From Chrysemys picta bellii (taxonomy: Eukaryota): a stretch of DNA of 64,000 bases. Under the pieces are notes generated by a model. That model was not told where the DNA came from, ran no database searches, and saw only the letters and a program-made list of their open reading frames with translations. Below, piece by piece: positions 34,301 to 43,300 of this stretch; the stretch's first letter is position 1; each line of letters begins with the position of its first letter. The stretch covers positions 11,842,001 to 11,906,000 of the forward strand of contig NC_088804.1 in the NCBI RefSeq assembly GCF_011386835.1. Reading direction: 5' to 3'. Both the position numbers and the translations under genes were made by a program.

Positions 34301-37300
34301 ACCGGCAAGAGCCAGTACGCCGTGCCGGACCACACCGGCTTCCGTGGCAGGGATTGAAAGGGCTCAGGGATCACCACCCTGACAGTTAGGAACTTTTTCC
34401 TAATATCCAACCTAAACCTCACTTGCTGCAATGAAAGCCCATTGCTTCTTGTCCTATCCTCAGAGGTTAAGAAGAACAATTTTTCTTTCTCCTGCTCTCT
34501 CTCCTCCTTTTATGTACTTGAAAACTGTTCTCATGTCCCCTCTCAGTCTTCTCTTTTCCAGACTAAATAAACCCAATGTTTTCAATCTTCCCTCATAGCT
34601 CATGTTTTCTAAATCTTGAATCATTTTTGTTGCTCTTCTCTGGACTTTCTCCAATTTGTCCACATCCTTCCTGAAATGTGGTGCCCAGAACTGGACACAA
34701 TACTCCAGCTGAGGCCTAATCAGCCTATTACTGTCCTGAGACCTCCAGGTGAAGCGGCAATCCAACTGTATGGAAGCCGGAGACATGCGTTCAATTCACA
34801 GCTCTGCCAGTGACTCCCTGGGTGACTTTGAACAAGTCACTTAGTCTGACTGTGCCTCTGTTCTCCATCTGTAGGTACGTCTACATTGGAGCTGGAGGCA
34901 TCACACCCAGCTGGAGGAGACATACGGTGCTAGCTCGGATCAAACTGGAGTGCTAAAAATAGAAGTGTAATGGCATGAGCACCAGGAGGGGCTAATCACC
35001 TGAATGCTTATCAAGGGTCTCAGGTGTGATCACACTCAGGATGGCTAGCTCTTTGCACCACTGTGGCTCCATTTCTATTTTTAGCACACTAGCTTGATCA
35101 GCGCTAGCACTGGTATGTCTACACAAGCCGGAAATTACACCTCCCTTTTCCAGTGTAAACATACCCCAAATCATGGGGATACTTCCTTTCGTCCACCCTC
35201 TGTAAACTCTTTGTACTCTATATGTACAGCTTCTAGCACAGCCTGACTTCACGTGAGGCTTCTATGCCCTACTGGACTTGTTATTAATAATAATTAATAT
35301 GCCACCAAGAAATAAGGGAACCATTGGCTGGAAACCAAGCGTGCAGCACTACAATAGGCACCTGTCACTTGGAAGTTAACACGGCTTCCAAGCTTTCCGT
35401 TTTCTCACATCAGGACATCCAAGGGGACCTCAACAGAACAGCACAAAAGCCACAATCTGGTGGGCAGAGCTCCTAGTGGCTCTGAAGCCCAGCTGGTGCC
35501 AGCGGAGGAGGTGGAGAAGGAAGGAAAAGGGGGGAGGGTGGGATGTTTTTTTCTTGTGGTCTCTCTTCAGCAGCATCTTTTCTCCGCGAGCAGCGGCAGC
35601 CCGGGGAATGACTCTGCCACAGCCGAGCCGCCGCTCTGCTCCGGGGGCAAGGGGTGACAATTACAAACTACTGTATTCTGTGATTTACTTTCTAGAATCT
35701 AAAGTATATCGCAGTATAATCTAAAGTTCTCCTGTGAACTGCCAGCTGTGCAACCCTTCCGTGGCTAGATCATTCTTGTGCTTTCATTTTAAGTACAAAT
35801 AAATATGTATAACGAATTTAAAAGTATGTAATTAGTAATTTGATATGTCGGGTGGCGCCTTTTTTTATGTGTTCGCTCCCCCTGATGTTAGAACCCGGCT
35901 ACGCCACTCCTCCCAGCCACAGCCGGTGCCCCAGGGCCTTTGAATCTTGAGAGGCCCCGCCTCTTCCGGTTGAGGCCACACACCCCTCAGGACTCTGGCA
36001 ATACCAGTAAGTCCTGTAAATTACTTTCACCCCTGATTATATGACACTGTTTCCTGCAATAGCAAAGGACTGCATGAGATGATCCAGGAAGTCCCTTCCA
36101 GTCCTATTTAGCATCTGTGTGCTACACAGAAACTGATGGATTTAGCTTCACAACTCCCCTTTTAATGGCAACTGAAGCACAGATGTTAATGTCAAAAATG
36201 GGTACCCAATTTGAGAGCCCTGTGGCCTGATTTTTCAGATAATTTATCATTTTCTAAAACTAGCCCTGTGCTACCAATAATACTCCATCCATTCAGCATA
36301 TCTTTGAAAAATGACGTTCCTCTGGGAAAAAATTGGTGGATCCATACATCTGGACACTCAAAGAAGAAAAAAAATTGTGCTCAGCTTTCACTCCAGTTGG
36401 GCATCTCTGGATATTTGTGCATTTTTGACTGATTGGAAACATTTTCTCAGCTGAATAAGATATAGCAGGAATGTCTCTGATCATCCATATTAGCTACTAA
36501 ACTACTCTAGGGTTTTGGAGTAGAAGAAAGGAACTATACACAAAAGTATATGAGAGTATATTTTACCAAAGGAATACAATAGCTAATCCATCTTGGAGCT
36601 CATTGAGAACACTTTTAAAATCATTTATTTTATAGCTCCCAGTAGTATGCCAGCCACTTCTGAGGAAATACACAGAAAACACTGCTGTGTGTTCCAACCT
36701 AAATGATAGACTTGATCAATAGATTTTATCAAAATCAAATTTAGTTGTTGTAATTACTTTAAAAAAGCCAGTAAAAGTCCGACTGGTGGGGTGGACGGGT
36801 GGGTGAGAGGGAGAAAATTTGTTCCTAAAATAATTATTACTGTATTCTCACTCCCACTTTTGTTCTGTTTGCTACACACAAAATAACAAGCTGTGCATGA
36901 TACTCGTAACAAATGATGATTATCTTTGATTTTCTGGAACTACAGTGTGAACCCAGTGAGATAGGTGGCTCAGCCTCCAAATGATAAACATGTCAAGGTA
37001 AGAAAGAACAATGTTTCTTTCCTTCCACATGAAATGAAGATTTGATTTGAAATGTCATGCTCCGAGTATATGGTGAACAACATGCTCAGAATCACTCGTT
37101 ATGATGAAATAGCTTGATTTGTATGTTATATTATTCAGTGTTTTAAAATGTCCCAGGCATGTCAAGACTATCTCAGACATCTGCTTTCACTGATCACACG
37201 GTATGCAGATGGTGATTGTTTAATACTGAAGGTTATTTATGCTTATAAAATACATATCTGCTTTTTCTCAGCCATATATGGTAAGTAAGCCGTAATGTCA

Positions 37301-40300
37301 AGATGTTAACTTACGTGCATAAAGGGGACGGGAAAGCTGGGCTTTTCTGGCTTGGGGAAAACACCCACCACCCACTCCTTGGCGTAAGGTTAAGGAAGAG
37401 ACCTCCTTAGATGCATATCTTGTGAGATCTGCACTGGTAGTCCTGATAAGAACTTCAAGTGTGTGTTTTATAGCATGCAGACCCTATAAGACTTGCAAAT
37501 GTGTCTGTTACCAGATATTTGCAATGTTGTTGTAGCCATGCTGGTCCCATAGTATTAGAGAGACTAGGTGGGTGAGGTAATATCTTTTATTGGACCAATT
37601 TCTGTTGGTTTTGTCTCTTTCGTCAACAGAACTTAGCCTAATATAAGATATTTCCTCACCTCAGTTACCAGATAGGCTTTTCTAATCCCAAAGATGGTGA
37701 GCACAGAGAGGGGACAAGTGTTGGTTTATACCCACATCACTGGTTTTTATTAGTGTTCAGAAGGGAAATTAGAGAGCTTGTATATATGCACATTGGTTTA
37801 TATGTCAGGATATTTGGTAAACACACTGAGCAAGCATGCTTACATTAAGACAGATGGCAAAGGGTGTTTTGAGTTATGCTAACGGTTTTAATGTAAGGAA
37901 TGTGAGGTTAAGCCTTCAGGATATGTGACTAATGCCTTTGATAATTTGGTAACATATCTTTGAATACTCAATGAAAAATGTGAATCTGAATATCTTCTAA
38001 AGGGGACTGTTACTCTCAGCTCAGCCTGGATAACAACGTGCATAACTTAACACCACTAAAGTGTGCAGCTATGTGAAGGGCAGCAAAAGCTCCCCAAGGT
38101 GAAAACTCTGACTTATGATTTTATGCCAGTGGGAACATAGTCTAATAGATCAGGGGATGGGGCTCAGGATTATATTCATGGCTCTGCCACTGATTCATTC
38201 TGTGGCTTTGGGTACATATACATTGCGCATTAAGCCTAGGCTCGGACTCCGGTTTGAGCCCAAACCTGCCTTCTGTCCACATACAAATCAGTCTGACTCA
38301 GCTCAGCAAGCACCCAGGAGCCAGGTCCTATGACCTGGCTAAAGGGAGTGGGTCAGAGTCTAAGTCCCGCTGTGACTCTGGTCCAAGCCCATTTTGCAGT
38401 GTGGACACAGGTCAAACTTCAGACCTGAGTCAGAAGGTCTGCGTAGTGCAGTACGGATGCATTAGCATGGCCATCAGACCTGGGTCCAGCAATTGTAAAC
38501 CTGGTGTGACTGACGACCTCTTGATGCTAACTGCCAGAAGGTGGAGGGATCCATAGGGAGCTAACAACCAGTTAGTACAGGCAAGACTCCCAACTATCAG
38601 CCCAGGATGCCTCGAGAAGTGTCACATCCAAGTTAACAATGCAGTGTAGACATACCCTAAATCTACAACAGCTTTGTGACCCCCCCATAACCCGTTTTTG
38701 GGTGGGGATTCCCATGGTTAAAACACTCTGAAATTTCAGATGTAAACATCTTAAACTGTGAAATTGATTATTTTTAAAATTCTATGACCGGGAAATTGAG
38801 CAAAATAGACTGTGAATTTGGTAGGGTCCTATTTATAACTATACCAGTGGCTAGCTCTCTAGGTGCCTTGTCTGCTGGATTTACTGCAGCCGGTAGGAAT
38901 TTTTTGCCACTATTTCACCTTCCTCAATGAAGGATTAAAATTGGGCTCTGTCCTCATGGGGACGTTTGTCCTGTAAAGTCTGCCAGCCTACGGTAGTTGT
39001 TAAATCATATTTTGCTAACAAAGCCTGATAGTGATAAAGCATTGCAGGTTTGTAGAGGAGAATACCTTTCCTCCTGAAAGGTGGAACCTCTTTGAGCCCT
39101 TGTCAGCCAGGGTGGTGCTAGGATGTTGTGACCTTGCTCTTTCCATGGTTGCCTGCCTCAGCAGCAAGTGGACCACTGGGTGGGTGAAAAGGAACTCAGC
39201 TCATCTGGCCAGTATGAATTAGTGCCTCTCAACTCTTTTAAGTGTAAGGGCTCAGAAGGCCAAGTATGCCAAACCACTCTGGCTGGCTCGCTCTAAGATT
39301 GCCTCACTTCTGAGTGTGCCACCTTACTTGAATCTGAAAGTAACTTGCTGTCTTCTGTAGTAGAGCCTGGTACTGCTTATGGTTGTCCAGCAGAGATGAT
39401 TAAGATTGAGTGATCATTTCATCTGGAGATGATTTCCTCCTCTTCCTCATAGCCCGTCGATACAGGAGATGTTTTGTGGGAGAGGTGCAGTAGGACTTAT
39501 GGATGGATTCTGGCACCTGCCATATGGGTCCCACTGGCCTATGAGGGATTGACTGGTTAATGGGGATCCCACGGCATTGGGTACCAGGAGTCCCTGGGAA
39601 AGTTGCATCTGGATCTCCTCACCTCCCTGTTAAGACTCATCTGTGAGGAGATGAATGACCGGCCAGAGTGTTTGATTCATCCAAGTTGGAGTTCTACTCT
39701 TGCTCCACTAACGGGAACATTGGTACTGGAGGGTGAATGCTCATGCCTGAGGGTTAGCGTGGAGAGGGTTGCTGTATTACCAAAATAGATTCGTCCATCA
39801 GTGTGTCAATGTCTCTCAGAAGGGCCGGAAAGGAGAGGGGATTGAGGATAACAGAAAAAGATATCGTCTGGTGAATAAGTATCTGCACATCCTGATGTTT
39901 GGGGTATTCCTGCAGTCGGGACTGACCATTCCAATGCGTCCAGAGATGTTGCGGGTGGCCCATCCTTAGAAGGGTGGGCCTGTACCACTGAAGAATCCAG
40001 TCCAGCAGTCTTTGATGAAACTGGTGGATGTCAGCCTTTATGTTTAGGTGTCGGTGCCACCAACAGATCTTTTTCTCTTCCACGCTTTACCCTCCTTCTT
40101 GGAAGTCTTAAGCAGTCTAAGACTCCTTATGATCCACATGTTAAGGTTCACTGGATTTGGACAGGGCCAGGGAGGGATCTCTCTTCTTAGGAAGAGACCT
40201 GGATGCGGATCTGTCCTTGTATTCATGAGAGTGCCTAGACACAGTTTTAAGTCAATGTAACTTACAAAAACTTGAAAAAACCACTGGCAATGTAACTTAC

Positions 40301-43300
40301 ATTGTCTTAAGTGGTAGTGTAGACAAGCCGTAGGTCTTTTAGCAGTAGGCAACTTGGACAGATATCTGCTGAACAACTCCCTCCACTCACTCACCTTCTT
40401 AATTACATTAATTCTAATGTAAAATAATCTCACTTTTCTTCTGCACATCAAATGGTACCGATGGTCTCTCTGGGCCTGTGGCTTTGCTGCCTTGCAGTCT
40501 AGCTGTGCCCTGGGTCCTGAGGAACCGGGGGCCTCAACAGTACCTGACTGAAGAGCTAGTGGTGCTGTGGTAGCTGAGGATCTCTGCTTTTTAGAGAGAG
40601 GTTCTCTACCTGGCATGGCAAGCCAGGGGCATATTCTTTCAAGGGCTTATGAGAGGAGTCCTGTGTCTTCTCTTAGATACCCTGGAAGTGTGGGGTTCAG
40701 AGGCAGCAGACTTGCTTGGGGACCAACATACGGGGGAGGGTGAGTGTTCCTAGGCCTGGGTCAGAGGTTGAATGTAGAGAGCTCTCCATCATAAGGAGAT
40801 GAAACTTTCTCCCTGTTTTTTCTGGGTGTTGATTTCCGTGCCAGACAAAAGTTGCATTTTTGAGCAATGTGCAATTCCCCGAGGCAATGGATACAGCAGG
40901 AGTGCCCATCGCTGACCGGGATCATCTCCCAGCACAACAGACAGTGCTTGAAGCCAGGAGAACTGGGTATTATCTCCCACTAAGTAGTAGTAACTATCTA
41001 ATATCTAAATACTATATAGAAAAAAGAAATTTTTTTAAAGAAAACAATCTATATCAAAAGTATTTACTAATTATGGAAAACTACCACTAAGACTAATATC
41101 AGTAAGACCAAGAAATTGATTGAGGAAATCTCAATAGGACAACGGCCAGAGCTCCATCAGAACTGAGGGCAGTTCACCCGTGCAGTGCTATATAAAAATG
41201 GCACAGGGCACTTAAGACTGACTAACACGCATGCGCGGGATGAACAGACACTGCTATGAGAAATCTCCGATCAAAGGTGCAGGGGGTGCTAGCGCACCTA
41301 AAGTGGGGCACTCATGGGGACACTACTTGAAGAAGCCCCATTCCCCACATCTGGGAAACTCAGGTTAACTGATCCCCAGAGGCCAGCCCCATGAAGAATT
41401 CCTTCAGGAATGCAGGAAGTCCAGAGCTGCACGACAGCTACTCTACACTGTGTATCTAGCAGCAGGGGGACTATTGGTGGTACTCAGTCTTACCAGACCC
41501 AAGCAATCAATAGCTTCTGATGCGAAACTAATGACAACTAAGAATGGAGAAGTCCTGCCAGAATACAGAGTAGCCAACCAAGTAGTCATTCCACAAACCA
41601 CTCACTTCCTGTTCACTGAAACAGAATTGTCCCAGCAAATCTTAGAATAGGGATGCCAGACTGTAACTAGAAACTGTAATTTCTTTGCCCCCAGGCACGC
41701 AATTCTCAGTAACTGTTCAGACTCAGAATCTCTGTGTCTGATTGGCTAACATCATTACTTAACCAGAGTACAGAGATCTGCACTAATTGCTCTACAGTTA
41801 TGTCTCTACAACTGATTTGGAAAAAGACAAAATCCTCTGTTTTAACTAGTTCCTGCATTCAATATTTTCAAGTTCTTGCCAGCAAGAAAGATGGTCCTAA
41901 TCCCTCCAACGCCACCATTTACAAGGAAGAGCATGGTGGGAAATACCAAAGAGCAACAAAAACCAAACTGTCAAACCACAGAAAGGGAAATTTTTTTTAA
42001 ACCTTCTGGGTTCGCTCTCCCACTTCCTCCAGGTCAGCCAGGCCTTTTTGCCCAGAATAAATGGCTTGTTTGTGTTTCTAGTGGAAAATCACAGCTTCTC
42101 CTTTCCATTCATTTTTGAAAAGCAATGGGTGAGTTCCTGGCCCCAGTGAAGTCACTAGCAAAGCTCCCATTGATTAATATAAAGCTGGAGAGGAGGGCCT
42201 TGGTTATCTGTAGGGAAAAACTATGCTGTTTTTAAAAGGGAAATAAGGTGGTAAAAAACATGGGAGTGGGTGAAGGCTGGTGACAAGTGGGGAACGAATG
42301 AAAAGTGAAATGTGGATTTTAAATTTTTTTGTTTTTAATAAAACCTACCCTTTGTCAACTTGGCTCATCTTGATTTTTGTATTTTTCTTTCATTTAAAAT
42401 ATGAATATTTACTTACAATTTGTAATTCAATAATAATAATTTCGGAGTACTGTCTGTTCACTGTGTAATGACCATATCCTGTGCTAAAACTCCTCAGCCT
42501 GCATCCTTGAAGATTTAAATGGTTTTTTTTGGTTGATTTGTTCTGCTGTAAACATGTCAACCGGTTAGAGTACATTCAGGACTGTTGTTACCTTGTAAAC
42601 AGGAAGCATCTTCAAATTAATTAATAATATAGTTTGGAGATCCACTTGTTCACATGAATAGTGACATGAAAACTCCTCCTGGGCCATTAACAACTGAAGT
42701 GTTAGTTGTACTTCACTGAAAAAAAATTATCTTTACATTTGCAAGAAGGTCTCTGACTTCAGCCAAGCCAGAAGATGGCCACTTTCCAAACAATAATCCC
42801 TGGCACTTCTAAAGCAGCTTTTATCAGTGGATTGCTGAACATTTTACAGGCATGAAAGAACCAACCAAGCTTCATAATCCCCCTGTGAAGTAGGTAGGTA
42901 AGAAGTTCAAGCCTCATTAAAGGAACTCTCCATCTACCACTGAAATGCAGCTACTTCTGGAATGGTTCTAAGCAGCAATTTAATAACAGGAACACTATAA
43001 AACAGTTCCAGGGCAGTAAATGAAAAAAAATCTATAGCCGGTTCCATTTTAATGAAAAAGGTGAATTTTAGGTATAAAAAGATATATAACTGCTTACAAC
43101 AGAATTTGGCCAGGACATCTCTTGCAGTAAGTGCCATAGTCACAAGTGCTCAGATCCCTCCATTTTACATCTTATCCAAACATCAAAGCTGTTGTGTGCA
43201 TACCAAGCACCTCTCCAGTATATGGGTCTCTCCTAAACAGAAGGGGCATCTGCTGTATCTGTCTTACAGGGGAATTAATCCTTTGCAAGAAGGGCAGGGC

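Larger units (their letters stand above)
34268..36035. mobile_element. Composite hAT-type non-autonomous transposon carrying captured genomic DNA
   Basis: TIRs CAGAGGTGAAAGTAA (34268-34282) and TTACTTTCACCCCTG (36021-36035) match 14/15. Perfect 8-bp TSD ATTATATG at 34260-34267 and 36036-36043. The two flanks rejoin into one CR1 3' end. Confidence 0.85.

Noticed and set aside
35430-35660. 76-aa minus-strand ORF ([11 protein letters not shown]...) as a captured coding exon
   Set aside because: It has no recognisable protein motif and weak splice signals. GC-rich DNA yields such ORFs in several frames.
37520-37665. A further hammerhead ribozyme in the second Penelope-like remnant
   Set aside because: The fragment is truncated before any CUGANGA/GAAA core.
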